64,000 nt of DNA from positions 1,178,001-1,242,000 of the forward strand of contig AP026126.1 in NCBI GenBank assembly GCA_030295235.1. The letters run 5' to 3'. The translations under genes were made by a program, and so were the position numbers. The stretch comes from Fistulifera solaris (taxonomy: Eukaryota). The notes beneath the pieces are model-generated. The model was given only the letters and a program-made list of their open reading frames with translations, did no database searches and was not told the DNA's origin. Each line of letters starts with the position of its first letter. Position 1 is the first letter of the stretch. Of this stretch, positions 36,416-49,030 are shown piece after piece.

Positions 36416-38712
36416 TTAGCTCTTGCTTTTTCGCATAAATTCATTCTTTTAAAACTAGGCGGACTGCCTTAAAGGTGCTCGAAAAGGCATTTTTAGGAAT
36501 CATGTTTTTCGTGCAAGATCTTCTTCGGCCGTTTTTTCTGCCAATTTGCTTTCGTTACCTTGATAAGCTCCGCCAATGAAGCTTTTGCCTTCTGAATACT
36601 GAAATAAGGCTTCTCTTGGATCTCGGCCTGCGATTGGTTTAGTTTTGGAAACGCTTTGATCCGCCACAAACATTGCAAAGTTTGAACCCCCGTGTGACCG
36701 CCGATCTTGTGCTTACCAGTTGCAGGCCTTTCCGGCTCCTTACTTCTCAACGGATCCTTTCTGTCTAGTCTTCGACGCTTGCTTTCACTTGGCTGCTCAT
36801 TGCGATACATAGGCAGGGAGAACGGGGTCACTATCTCACCCGAAACGCCAGCTGATCCAGATGGCGCTCGAGAATTTAAAAGTGTCGACAAACTTTCCTC
36901 GGTCTTACCAGCTTTCGATGATGGAATCAAAGCACCTTTAGTGCTCATTTTTAAATCGTAGAAAACCAAAGAGGAACCGTCGGCGCAGCCAAGAAAAATC
37001 TGATTCAGTTTGTGATGCCATTTAACGATAGTCGGACTGATATCACCAGTACTGTAAGAAAGCAACCTTTTTGATTTTGTGGCTGTTTCCGATAATCTGT
37101 AGAACTGCAATTTTCCTTCGACATGAAGATTTCCTTCTGTTTGGCTTCTACTTTCTGAGGTAGGGATACAAAGAATAGTACCGTCTTGATTGAAAGCGAC
37201 ATTAGCGTGCTCGTGAAGTGTTGGAGCTCCCGCGCATGTTGCAAGTGGTTCTGATGAGCGAGAGAATTTCATTGGGTCCCAAACATAAACCTGATCGTCT
37301 TCGGAGCTCCTACTCGCCAACTGAGTTCCATCCATGTTATAAGAAAGCGATGTAACAGGTTTGCCGTCGCCATGAGCCGAAAATAGAGTTCTCTCAGGCC
37401 GTCCGGAGGCCCGTTGCGGGTTCCAGATTTGGACACTACCACAACTTGTACCGACTGCAAATTCGCGACCCGATGGGTGAAAACAAAGCGCTGTAACTGA
37501 TGTACGCTGACCCCTCAGGCTTTTTACTGAATATACCTTGTCGCACACTAGCTTCTTGAATTGCGTTCGACCGGTCAAATTCCATAATCGAACACTTCCA
37601 TCTGCAGAGGCCGTGAGAACGCTGTTCCGCTCAAAAGGATGCCAATCTACTGCCGTAACGGCCGCGGTATGCCCTGAAGTCTTAGATTGGTCCGTCACGT
37701 ACATGTCACCGCGAACAAACTGGATCTCTTCTTGGCCTTCGCGGTCGAGGACTACAGGTTGCACGCTCGTTGTTCCAACTACTAAACGGTCACCAGTGTT
37801 TGAGAAAGCACACGAGACAGGCCAGTGTCCTTCTTCAGGTGTAACAGAGCGAAATGATGTTTGACGCCCTCGATTCATTCCTGCAAAATCGTAAAATCGC
37901 AGGTAATTGTCCGTGCTTCCAATAACAAAGCGAGCACCCATAGGATCGACGGCTAGTGCTGTCACGGAATTCCGTCTTCCGCTTTCACTAGGGATTTTGA
38001 GCACGTTCGAAATAGGCAGTTGATATTTCTTAGCTCGACTAGCCATTTTCTGGGACTCATCCTGGACTTGTGGGTCCTGTCCCACATGGTCGACGCTCTC
38101 TTCTGTAGGAAGGATTGGCTTCTGGTAAATTGGAGCCTCATCCAAAGTCGCCATCATGGCTGCAATTTCAGCCTGTCGCTTATCTCTTCCGGATAGTCCA
38201 GCTCCAGCAAGTTCAAGCGACTTTTGACTATGGTGCTGAGGATGATTAGGTAATGGTTGCTTCAAAGACGTGTCGCCATCATCTGTATTCGACTTATCGC
38301 CTTCGATACGCACCACAAACAAATGTTCGATCGCGCTACCAAAAAGAATACGGTCTCCATCTTTCAAGACTGTAGATCCATTGCAAGGAAGTCGCGCGTC
38401 ATTAATAGTTGTTCCGTGTTTGCCGCCTAAATCTTTTATGACGAGTGAGCGGTCTAGGAAGAAAATTGTTGCGTGTTTACGACTAATACTTCCGTGCTGA
38501 ATGCGTACATCGGAAGTAGATGCCTGCCGTCCTACAAGAAGATAACTTCGATTGCGGTTGGAAGAGAGCAGAGATTCGCATCCGATTATGATTCTTGTTC
38601 CAGACGAAGTAACCAAAGAAACTCGTTGATCGATCGGCTCAAGGTAAGCAGAGTTCGGTATATCTGGATCATCGTCCTGAACAGCTTCGCTTCTTTCTTC
38701 AGTGTCTTTCAT
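36416..38712 (-). CDS. WDR70: FHA domain + WD40 protein of the WDR70/GAD-1 family; C-terminus frameshifted, end approximate
   Basis: FHA: VGRQ...SISRKHA...DLGGKHGT.IN. WDR70: RFYDFAGMN, FVRGDMYVTD.SKT.GHTA and I.TPFSLPMYR...R.DP..S..PE.P. Confidence 0.82.
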
Positions 38713-39461
38713 TATAGCAAATGTCGAATCTTGCTATTTCCTTTCTGTCAATGTTTGTTAGCAAGGAGAAAGTGAGTAAAATGTATTTTGTTGTCGTTCA
38801 TCGATATTATTTATTTGCGACACGTATTACTACGGTACCATATATTGCGATACCTGGTAGAGAACGATCAACAACGCGCAAATAATACTCCGTAATAAAC
38901 CAATCAGTCCTGAGTCCTGAGTCACGAGAAAACGTCGCCAACACTTCGGCTCATAGTCCTTGGGTTACCAGGTATCTGTAAAAGAACGAAGGTGCCCCCG
39001 GTTCTCTTGAAGTGAATAATCGAGGCCTGTACTGCAAATGCTGTTGAAAATAATTAAATCGCGCTGGAAACCACCTGCAGTTTACCGAGATGAAAAAAAG
39101 AACGCAGGTTCAAGCAGCATACTTGCTCGGCCCACTAACGATTCATGACTGAATTGCAGTCGTGGTAGTATTTTCGTGTACACTCTACTTTGTACATTGA
39201 GACAGCAATGGGCAACCAATTGTCGACAACGATTTCAATGTACTAAAACAATAAAAAGAGTGCTTTATTTTACATACGTCTCCTAATGTGATTTATGTTC
39301 ACAAAATAACCTTGCTACAACTATTGCTGTTGCTTGCATATCGTTTGCAAACATCTTTAAGATTCCATCGGAAGGCATGTTTGCCCGCAATCATACTGTT
39401 CGCTGCCATCGTATCGTCTGGTGTCGCTAGGCTTGCAAAGATCTCTGAAGCTGCCCGAGGA

Positions 39462-40295
39462 TCAAGATTTGAGCTGATCTTCATACAGCATCTCCATAAG
39501 TCGAGCGACAAACCAAAATTGCTGGTCTTGGGGAACCACATCAACTGGAGGGACGTGTAGAAACAAGCACCGCGTCCCACCCCTTGGATCATTAGAAACA
39601 ATCTGCAGCTTGTGGCTTTTGAATTTGTCAAGGCTGTAGCAATATATATAATTGCAAACAAATCGTCCGGGGTCGTTACTAAGGATGGAGTTCTTGCGAC
39701 AAACAGACATGGATTCACTTTCGTGTTTCTCGATGGTGTAATTTAGTTGCTCGACCAGAGAATTCACGTCCAACAGAGTCTCTAGCGCTCTTCCAACACT
39801 GATATCTTCACCTAGAATCGACTCTTTATTCGGTTGATAGCCTCGTTCATCCGGTATTCGAAAGGTGGCTTCGTTGTAGGCACACGACTCCAAGTGAAAC
39901 TTCTCCCCTTTGTAATTCACGCCAAGATGCAGTAGTATTGTTGTTGTTTGCTCAGAATATTCATTCGCTTGTTCATCTTCCCAAAATTTGTCAATAGCTG
40001 CTCGTGCAGCTTCTGCCGACGTTTCCAACACGAATGTGCTCGTTATCAAAGCCAAGTCGTTCATACCATGTTGATTGAGGTAATCAACGATTCCGTTCGC
40101 AAGAACGGTTGTGGGATTTTCCTGTAACGAGAGATACGAGAAAGGATCAGCGTATTTGTTTCAGATTTGCAAGAGGCCATTCATGCCTCATCGCACGAAA
40201 CTCACAGGTACCCCTCCGAACGGCCCAAAACCCGTCACCACAAACCGAAGAGAACGCTTGATATCATCATGAATTGAAGAATTGGCTGAAATCAT
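39462..40295 (-). CDS. PGPEP1: Pyroglutamyl-peptidase I (peptidase C15); intron ~40123-40205
   Basis: VVTGFGPFGGVP|ENPT, LHLGV, LESCAYN (Glu), DPGRFVCNYIY (Cys) and FLHVP (His). Confidence 0.92.
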
Positions 40296-40616
40296 TTTTG
40301 AATAATGCTATCATTATCAAAAAGTTAAAGAGCAATAATGATGATGAGCTGATGATATCAGGAAGAATAGCCTTATACTGTACCATTATCATGATTGAAT
40401 AATCATCATCATGTCATGAGTTTTCGCCCGCTTCGCTTGAAAAGGTACTTTGTACAGTACCCGGTACCAGTACCGGTACCGGAAAGACAACTCTCTCCGT
40501 ATCAATGCTTCCGCGCGTAGCGCGCATGTCACCATCAAACAAAAGATACTGCGGAACGCCAAGGTCTCACCGCAACAATGAGAGAGTTACAATCATGAGG
40601 TTGAGACAATGATAAC

Positions 40617-43600
40617 ATGAACTGCAATGATGAAGAAACGCCTTTGACATGTAGCAAACTAGATGATAAACGTCAAAGTCGAGATTCATTATGCCGACGC
40701 GCACTCTCTCAGTTCGCAGTGATACCTTCCTTTGTTGCTTTGCTTCTGTCAGTCATCGCTTTCGGATGGAATCTTTTCGGCGCAACGAGCAGCATTTCAT
40801 CTACACTTTCATCTGCGACCGACCCACAGCACATAACAAAAGAAGGGGCTCTTCCCAATTTTGATCGCAAAGATGGGAACTCTCTCTTTGACGAATTAGG
40901 TCGTACCATTTTGGAAGACTACGATGTCCAATCCGTTTTTGCCAACTTTCTGCCTGCTGTCGCAGGCTACTTCGGGAAAACCTCTGTATGCTTTTTTACG
41001 TGAATAGAGGATAAGCCATAGCATCGTTTGGAACAGAATCGAAGGATTATTCCATCATGGAGTATCATTCAGCGAACGTTGCCTATCAGACAGTGGCTTT
41101 CACCGGTTTTCGCACTTTTCTTCAGTTCTCGAGGCCACAACATAACGATGCGTTTCAAGTCGTTGAACCATTTGATATCAGTAGAGCGAGACTACCGCAT
41201 GCTTCTCAAGAGAAGCCATCCGAGCTTCCGAAGCGCTCCATGTATACTGGAACCAATAATCTACAGATACACGAAATCGACATCTTGAACGGCATTGAAA
41301 CGAGCGTTACATTCTTTGTTTTGCCCGAAGAAAACTTCGGTGCTTTTGTGAAACGTACAACCATTCGCAATCTTGATAGACAAAAGGATTGCAAATTTCA
41401 GTCCTCGATGGGCTTGCTAGAATCGAACCAGCTGGTGGAAAGATGAACACGTATCTTAAATCAATGGGACAAACCTTAGAGGCGTTCAAGCGGGTTTATA
41501 GTGCAAGAACAGACTCTCTCACAATGCCTTTTACCGTCTTTCAACGATCCCTGGAGATTCAGCCTCCGTCGTTGCAGAAACAGCGGGCCATTGGTGTTTG
41601 TCAATCTACGAAACAGAGACAGGAACCCAACTCCTTCCAATCATTTTCGATCCCTCGTCTGTGTTTGGAAAGGATGCCTCACTTTTGTATCCCACTAATT
41701 TGTTTGACAAACCTATCAGAGATGTCATCCAGGAACCCCAGTATGGTGCAGCTAAAACGGCATCGGCGTTCACGGCTCTGAACGGCACTAATTCGGAGGC
41801 GGGAGGAAGTCTCACCATAACAACTTTCTGGATCAGATTTCTAAAGTGCCGGAAATAGCTCAACGATTGCTACAACCCGGTTTCGGACAGTACAAGACTT
41901 CTAGGACCTACGAGATAGTTCAGCAAATTACAGCCGCAGCAGAAACAAAGACGGCCAGTTCACTCTTTGATCTTCACGTAGAGCAAATGTTTCTTGACAA
42001 TAGTTTAAGTGGTGGAATGCCTAGCATTCTTGGCGACATCGACGACGATGCAAGAATGCGTAATGTTGATGAGGAAACCCGAATAAAAGTTTTCCATTTC
42101 TTTTCTCGAAATCATGGTGATCTCGAACGCGACTACAATGACTTTATCATTCCGTCGCATTCCTATCCGAGGTAAGTTTGTGTTTACGGTATCTCTAGCC
42201 GGATGCACCTCACATTTCGTTTTGCAGGGACCTGTCAATTTTCGAGACGTGATCCAAAACAGGAGAAATGACGTGACTTTCAACCCAAGCATCGGTTCCC
42301 ACAACATAAAAACGTTCTTGTCTTTCATCCAGTCAGACGGCTACGAGCCTCTTTCCGTCGAGGCCCCGATTTTGGTTATACAAGACAAACGAATATGCAG
42401 GAGACTAGCAACGCTTGCAGTTGGCGAAGCAGATGGCCACAGAGCCCAGCGCGAAGCCGTTCAAAGTATTTTATGTTCGGGTCCATTTCGACCAGGCCAA
42501 CTGTTCGAATTAATGGAACAGCAGAACGTTTACCTTATGATATCAAAGAAAGAATTTATTGATGTGGTCGCAGCCTCTTCGAAGCAGTTCCCCATGGCGG
42601 TATCTGATAACGGGTTTTGGGCAGATCAATGGACGTATTACATGGACCTAGTCAACAATTTTTTAAGCGTTTTTCCAGATTGGGAAGAGCGACTCATGTA
42701 CGAGTATGAGCTTCCATACTTCTTTTCTCCTTTCTACGTTAAGCCACGTGAGGAGAAATATGTTCTTTCCATGTCGTTCGACGGTAGGAGTGAACATGTC
42801 AGACAGCTTGATTGCGTTAGGGAAGACGAGGATAAAGTGAGCTACATGAAGCAGTTTATCAAGAAAGCAACTGGTTGGTACGACTATCAAGCGAATTGGC
42901 AGCATAATCAGGGGAGATGGGAGTGTATTTAAAAGTGCACCCATTGCAAAACTGTTTCTTCTCGCGACGTTGAAATTTACCACACGTGACGCCATGGGGA
43001 TGGGGATAGAATATGAGGCGGGTAAGCCCGGTTGGAACGACGCCAACAATGGGCTTGTCGGAATGCTAGGTTCAGGAATGCCCGAAACCTACGAGTTAGT
43101 CGTATTGTTAAAGTATATCAGATCGCTATCAGCTAGATGTTGGCGCCCCTTACTCATACCATGTGAAATCTATGAGCTATTTGAAGTAGTCAATACAGCA
43201 ATCAGTAAATTGCGTGCAGAGCAGGTTACTAACTTCACAGGCTCGGACCGCGATGAGATGGTTGTCCCCGAGGCCCAATTCCGTTACTGGGAGAGGGTTT
43301 CATCGGCAAGGGAACGATACCGATCGAAAACGAAACTTACATTCGAGGGATCTCTTGTTGAGCTGTCGGCAAAAGATGTCGTCGCTGCAATCGATTCGTG
43401 GCTCTTTGAGCTCAATGAGGGTATCGCAAGATCATTCCTGTTCAGTACGTCCAATGGTAGAAACCACAAGAAGGTCCCGCCCACTTACTTTTTTTTATAC
43501 GGTGACGGAATGGAAAATGACTGGTTTAACCAATCATGAAGGCCATGCTCTTGTACAGGCAGAAAAGCTTCGCCTGAATACATTGCCGCTTTTCCTGGAG

Positions 43601-44368
43601 GGACCCACACGATACTTGTCAACCGTCCCCAAAGTCGACGCATACAGGGTATACGAAGCTGTCCACCAGTCCCCTCTCCGTGACAAGCAATTGAATATGT
43701 ACACCATTTCAACTAATTTAAATAAGGGTAATCGTGATTTGGGCCGCGACGTTGCTTTTCCATCGGGTTGGCTCAAAAATCAGTCAGTCTGGATGCATCT
43801 CTCATACAAGCTTTACCTCCAGTTTCTACGCCATGATATGTTTGAGGAGTTCTTTCATGAAATGGCGTCGGGGGCTATACTTCCGTTCATACAGCCTGAG
43901 CAATACGGACGTTCAGTAATAGAGGCTTCATCCTTTATTGTGTCCTCGGCATTTGAAGACCCCAGTTTACAGGGGCGAGGCTTCCTGGCAAGGCTGAGTG
44001 GAACAACGACAGAATTTTTGAGTATATGGACACTTCTTATGATTGGTCCCACTCCCTTCTTCACTAACCCCGCGACAAGTGCAATTGAAATGCATCTCCT
44101 CCCTGCACTTCCTCGATGGCTGTTCTTGGATTACAATGATGGCAAACCTCCCCGGGTAAGCTTCAAGCTGTTCGGGTCGATAACCATTACCTATTTCCAC
44201 CAGCGGGGGACAGAGGATTTGTATCGCATAGCACCATCCTCTTATCAAGTTACCCTTCGCGATGATTCGACCTTCAATATTTCAGGATCGGTCATTCCTG
44301 CTTCGTTAGCAGATAAAGTGCGCAGGGTGGTCTTCGTCGCTTCAATCGACGTGTATTTCCAAATGTAG
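40617..44368 (+). CDS. GH161-type beta-1,3-glucan phosphorylase homologue with N-terminal membrane anchor; disrupted, possible pseudogene
   Basis: F.NFLP..AG..GKP...FYVNRG*.I.SFG, HGDLERDYN.F, NFRDV.QNRRND, GMGIEYEAGKPGWNDA.NGL.G and GRGFLARLSG.T.EFLS.W. In-frame TAA at 41012-41014 plus several frameshifts. Confidence 0.75.
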
Positions 44369-44388
44369 TATATTAATTTCAATGTCTC

Positions 44389-45512
44389 CTACTTCAGCAT
44401 TTGTTCTTCTATAGCCTCTAAAGTGGCTTTGAGGACGTCAAACCATGCTGCCCAGCCATCGAGGTCCTTCTCAATGTTAGGCTCCTTGCAAATATATGAC
44501 GGGACATCATCGATTGCGCCGAGCGTAAAACCAGCAGCAACTAAAATTTCTCGACCTCCTGCGTGACGACCAATATCTGGAGGTACAATGGATAAGAAGA
44601 GATGCATTAACCGCATTTAAAGCCTTCGCTATACACACCCACCTCGCAAGAACTTTGGATGATCACGACGTATCCTTCTAAAATTGTTTTCTTCTGGTCG
44701 AGAAACTATTTGCGAGAAAATAGTATGAAGAGCATGGATGGCTGAGCTTTTTGCCAAAGGATCATCCTTTGTACTCTCAACTAGGACTCTCAGCTGCTCT
44801 CTCACACCATCAGGCCCTTTTTGGATACCAGCGACCCAAGCCCTCTCGGCTCTCTCTATTTCGTCCTGCTCCCGAAGTCTAGCGAGACGAGCTTCCTCAA
44901 TCAATCTAGCAGCCTCAGCCAGCTGGCTCTCTTCTTCTAACCTTCTTAAATCTTCAGCCAGCCGCAATTCTTCAGCTCGTCGTTGTTCTTCCCGTTTTCT
45001 TGCTTCTTCTTCTAGTTCGCGTGCCCGCCGAGCTTGAAGTTCTCGTAGCCTTTTTCGTTGTTTTCCTCATCAGCTATTTTCCGGAGAAAGTCGATGGGTA
45101 ACGTGGCGTCTAGCTGATTTAATTCATTGTTGGATGCACGGGTCGGCACTGATACAGCTGCTTGCAAATCATAATACAAGTCGATTAATGTGTCGACTTT
45201 CGTCATTGTTTTTTGACCGTATCGAGGTTGTTGCGTAATAGGGTCCTTTTCTGTCTTTCTCTTCTCAAACTTTTCAATTTTTCCTTTCAAAGTATCTAAT
45301 CTTGTCATTATTTCATTGAAGTCGAGCAAGATGTCATTGGCCGAAGCACCTCTTTGAGCCCCGCCCGTCCATTCGATAAACTCACTACAGAGCTGGTTTT
45401 GCTGAGATGTTAGAGAAGGCAATTCTGCGCCCAAAGCTGCGCTTCTAAGACGGACAGACTCATATAGAAGTCGAAGATCATTAAGTTGGGTCTCTGACGT
45501 CCTTAGTTCCAT
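44389..45512 (-). CDS. Coiled-coil + PUB (p97/Cdc48-binding) domain protein; intron ~44577-44642
   Basis: L.TIFSQIVSRPEENNFRRIRRDHPKF...IGRHAGGREILVAAGF is a PUB pattern. Confidence 0.8.
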
Positions 45513-45612
45513 TATAATACGTTTTATACCTCTTTATTGATGATGTCGTTTCGTATTTTCGTTTTTCTCACGATCGTATCGAAGGTGTTACCAGGTACGG
45601 AGACAATGACAG

Positions 45613-45940
45613 ACCCAGAAAATGTAAGCGTGTGGTGTTTTCACGTACCGGTACCCAAAAAATATGGGCGAGTGTTGTTTTCACGTACCCAGAAAATATG
45701 GGCGAGTGTTGTTTTCACGTACCCAGAAAACATGGGAGTGTGGTGTTTTCACGTACCCAGAAAATATGGGAGTGTGGTGTTGTGACGTACCCAGAAAATA
45801 TGGGTGTGTGGTGTTTTCACGTACCCAGAAAATATGGGGGTGTGGTGTTTTCACGTACCCAGAAAATGTGGGGGTGTGGTGTTTTCACGTACCCAGAAAA
45901 TAATGGCTGTGTGGTGTTTTCACGTACCCAGAAACTATGG
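45613..45940. repeat. Minisatellite, ~9.5 units of 34 bp: ACCCAGAAAATATGGGxGTGTGGTGTTTTCACGT
   Basis: Units read directly from the sequence. Confidence 0.95.
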
Positions 45941-46563
45941 ACTTTGCTCACCAAAATCAGAAATTGGAGAATTTGTTCCCATGGCCCATGGATGAAAAAA
46001 AGAAAACTGGCACTTTTGGTTGATGATCTTTGTCTTGGAAGTGGCTGGACTCAACACTGTTCGTTTGTTTTGCGCTCGTTCAACGATTGGACTATATGTC
46101 AAGGAATCATCGTCGAGATTCTGTTTTGTCGAAGCATGCGAGCATTGGAATGATTTGATGAAATAATTCAGTAATCAATGAATGGACGGCAAATACTTTA
46201 AGGTAGGCGACACGCTTTGGCAACCGTAGGTGATCGATGATCTACTTCCATTTAATCAAAACAAGCATGCATAAAAAGACCAGCTTCACAGAATGACAGA
46301 TACGAAGGTTATGTTGATTGACGATTCCTGTTCAGGAACGCTATACAATGTACTTGTCCACTTTAGCTAAGACTATTAATGGCAGCCCTACCAGATCAAA
46401 CCTTGCACGAGTTAGATCTGCGCTTGCTCATCAGTCTTGAAGTCACTCTGGGTACTTAGTAACGGTACCGGTACGTCTTAGCTTATATCATATTCACCTC
46501 GACTAGCAAGATCCTTTTAAAATTCAAATCTTTGAAACGAAAAGTTTTGCGCAAGACTTCGAT

Positions 46564-48474
46564 TTAAGCAATGAGACCTCTCCTTTCGTGAGTTGCTGTC
46601 AGTCTTCTAACCATTTCAGACGCTTGTTCGACAGCATATGCATTTGTGCGGTCTACTTGAACGGCGTCGTACATAAGTTTTCCGGCGACTGCGGTGTTGC
46701 TGGTACAGTAAGCTTGCGCGACAAGAAGATTGCTTTCCATGCGAACGAGTTTGTCTTCAGAATTTCGTACGCCACCCTGGCGGCGACGCTCATCCACGGC
46801 ATAGAACGCTTCGTCGATTAGCTTCAACGAGTCTTCACAGTGGCCCAAATTAAAAAGGACCATTGCATACACAAAGGAGGTGCTGGGGCTCTCCACATAT
46901 GGGTCCGCGATAGGTCGCAAGACTTGCTCGGCTTCTTCATATCGTTTCTTCAGAGACAATTCATAACCGCAATTGTAACGAGTGTGCTGACTCTTAGAAT
47001 TGATTTCGAACGCGGACCTCCATAGGTTTAATGAATGACTCCAAGCAACGTTTCGTTCATAAACCTTCGCGGCGAACACGAAAAGTTGGAACATTAACAA
47101 TATGTAACCAGATAATTTCAATCGGTTGCCCGGTAGTGTAAGTGCGCGCGCTTGGAGCGGACCTTCATCGGCAACTTCATGGTAGATTAGCTGAACTAAG
47201 AGCGCTTCTATCATACAAAACCCCATCAGAGGCAAATATATTACTCGATCTGCCTTCATCAATCCCACAACAATTAGGAGGTTCGACGAAAGCAGAAAAG
47301 GACTGGCAACGAACGCGAAAAATGCAACCAGGAAAACACAGCGCGCATGCTGAGTTCTTCTTGTAACGGTTAGCGGTAAACCGGTCGCCACAGAAAGAAG
47401 GCAGCCCAAAGCGAAGACCCAGAGAGCCACGACAAGCGGGACTCTGGGATCCCAAATGTCCGATATCAAGTCGATGCTTTTCCCCGACCAGTCCGGACAA
47501 AGAGTGCTAGGATAGACAGCATCCCAGAGATACAAGCAGTAAACCCAGCAAATAGAAAAGACTCTTGTGAATCGATCTTCTGAGAATCCTGCTGGGTTCT
47601 GATCAAAAATGAAATCTGGGCTGCTCTCGCCGTTGAGCCAATATCGAAGAGCTACCACGAGCAGAGTTTGGAACGCAAAAATAGTCGTTCTCTTTGTGAA
47701 ATTTAGCGCACTTTGTTGTTTTCGTTGAAGTTTCGATAAGAATTCTTTAAGGGACGAGTGGTGAACAAGGAAATCCCAAATCGTAATCGTTATCAAAGCT
47801 GTTGCCCCTTGTTCTTTGCAAAGAGGGATACCGTCATACAAAACCATGGAAGAGTGTAAACAAAAGTAGCGTCTTCCAACGGCTTTGGTTTGGTCTTCTG
47901 TCGGGATGAAAGCTTGAAAAAGATAAAAATGCCAACAAAAGAATAAAGACATGAGGAGCTCTCCTCGACTGGTGATGTTGCTGACTGCTTCTGCATGCAC
48001 TGGATGCAAGGCGAAAAGTATGCCCGTCAATAGCTGAGTCAAAGTGTTCGCTTCCGAATCGTGAAATTCGAACACCATTGCCGCTGATTCGGTCACCAAG
48101 CCAGTGACAATTCCGTGGAGACCAACATTGACTACGTGGAAACCTATTGTGTGTGTATCTGTTCCGTTCGTACCCAAATGCTCCGATAGAAGCCAGTTGA
48201 ACCGAAACGTGAGCGTAGTGATCGGACGAAAGCTTTTGTGTGATTGTGGAGTCGCCATAGGCGTTCCCCAAAAGTCTCTGGTGGCTACTTCCGTCCACGG
48301 AACTGCACCCGTCACCACAGGATTACTTTTCAGCGAACCGGCATCATCGTAGACGAGGCTCCCGTGAAGCGCTTCGTGATCCCAGTACGCTAAAATACTA
48401 ATGATACATGCCCATATGCTAGGCCGAAGAATCCATTTACGAAGAAATAAACTCTTTGTGCTTGAACTGGCCAT
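46564..48474 (-). CDS. TMTC: TMTC-family protein O-mannosyltransferase (TM domain + DUF1736 + TPR)
   Basis: VYDD...N..V, DFWG..M....SHKSFRPITTLTFR, FHVVNV.LH, FALHPVHAEAV.NI..R.ELL, KEQG, LCPDWS and ADRVIYLP..G. Confidence 0.9.
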   Translation of the reverse strand: MASSSTKSLFLRKWILRPSIWACIISILAYWDHEALHGSLVYDDAGSLKSNPVVTGAVPWTEVATRDFWGTPMATPQSHKSFRPITTLTFRFNWLLSEHLGTNGTDTHTIGFHVVNVGLHGIVTGLVTESAAMVFEFHDSEANTLTQLLTGILFALHPVHAEAVSNITSRGELLMSLFFCWHFYLFQAFIPTEDQTKAVGRRYFCLHSSMVLYDGIPLCKEQGATALITITIWDFLVHHSSLKEFLSKLQRKQQSALNFTKRTTIFAFQTLLVVALRYWLNGESSPDFIFDQNPAGFSEDRFTRVFSICWVYCLYLWDAVYPSTLCPDWSGKSIDLISDIWDPRVPLVVALWVFALGCLLSVATGLPLTVTRRTQHARCVFLVAFFAFVASPFLLSSNLLIVVGLMKADRVIYLPLMGFCMIEALLVQLIYHEVADEGPLQARALTLPGNRLKLSGYILLMFQLFVFAAKVYERNVAWSHSLNLWRSAFEINSKSQHTRYNCGYELSLKKRYEEAEQVLRPIADPYVESPSTSFVYAMVLFNLGHCEDSLKLIDEAFYAVDERRRQGGVRNSEDKLVRMESNLLVAQAYCTSNTAVAGKLMYDAVQVDRTNAYAVEQASEMVRRLTATHERRGLIA

Positions 48475-49030
48475 TTTTGCATTTCTTTCTGTGATTGTGA
48501 GGTGTGTGTGTGTACAGAATCATCGGACGAATGAAGTCTGTCATTGCTAATCGCACTGTCACTCAAATACCCTGCTCTCCTAAATTTTACTGCTGACTGA
48601 CTGAAAAGCAGTCGGGGTCACGTCACGGCACCGTTTCGGGGAGACGGGGTTAAAATTAAGCGGCTTCGTGGACTCTACGTAGAATCTTGTACTGGAGGTA
48701 AAATTTTAACGGCGTTTCCGGCCTCAGTATTGGAGTAAATTACCAGGAAGCTTTGCAAAATCAGATGTAGGCTATTGCATTGCCGAAAAGACAAACAGAA
48801 CTCATCAACCTTGCTACGACGATAAACAAATTTGTTGATGTTGCAACAAGCAACAACTAAGAGAGGAGAAGAAAGGACATATTAATGTCCATCGCCCCCT
48901 TAGCTAACCAGGCGTATTACCTGGTGAAAAATGTAGCGATTTCTACCGCAACATCATAAAGAGTAGTAAAATAACTCAAGCTTACATATTCCGAAACATC
49001 CATAAATGGGTTATCGGACATCCAACATTG

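Noticed and set aside
45613..45940. CRISPR-like repeat/spacer array; 173-aa ORF
   Set aside because: The variable parts are ~11 nt and mutually homologous. The ORFs are repeat translations.
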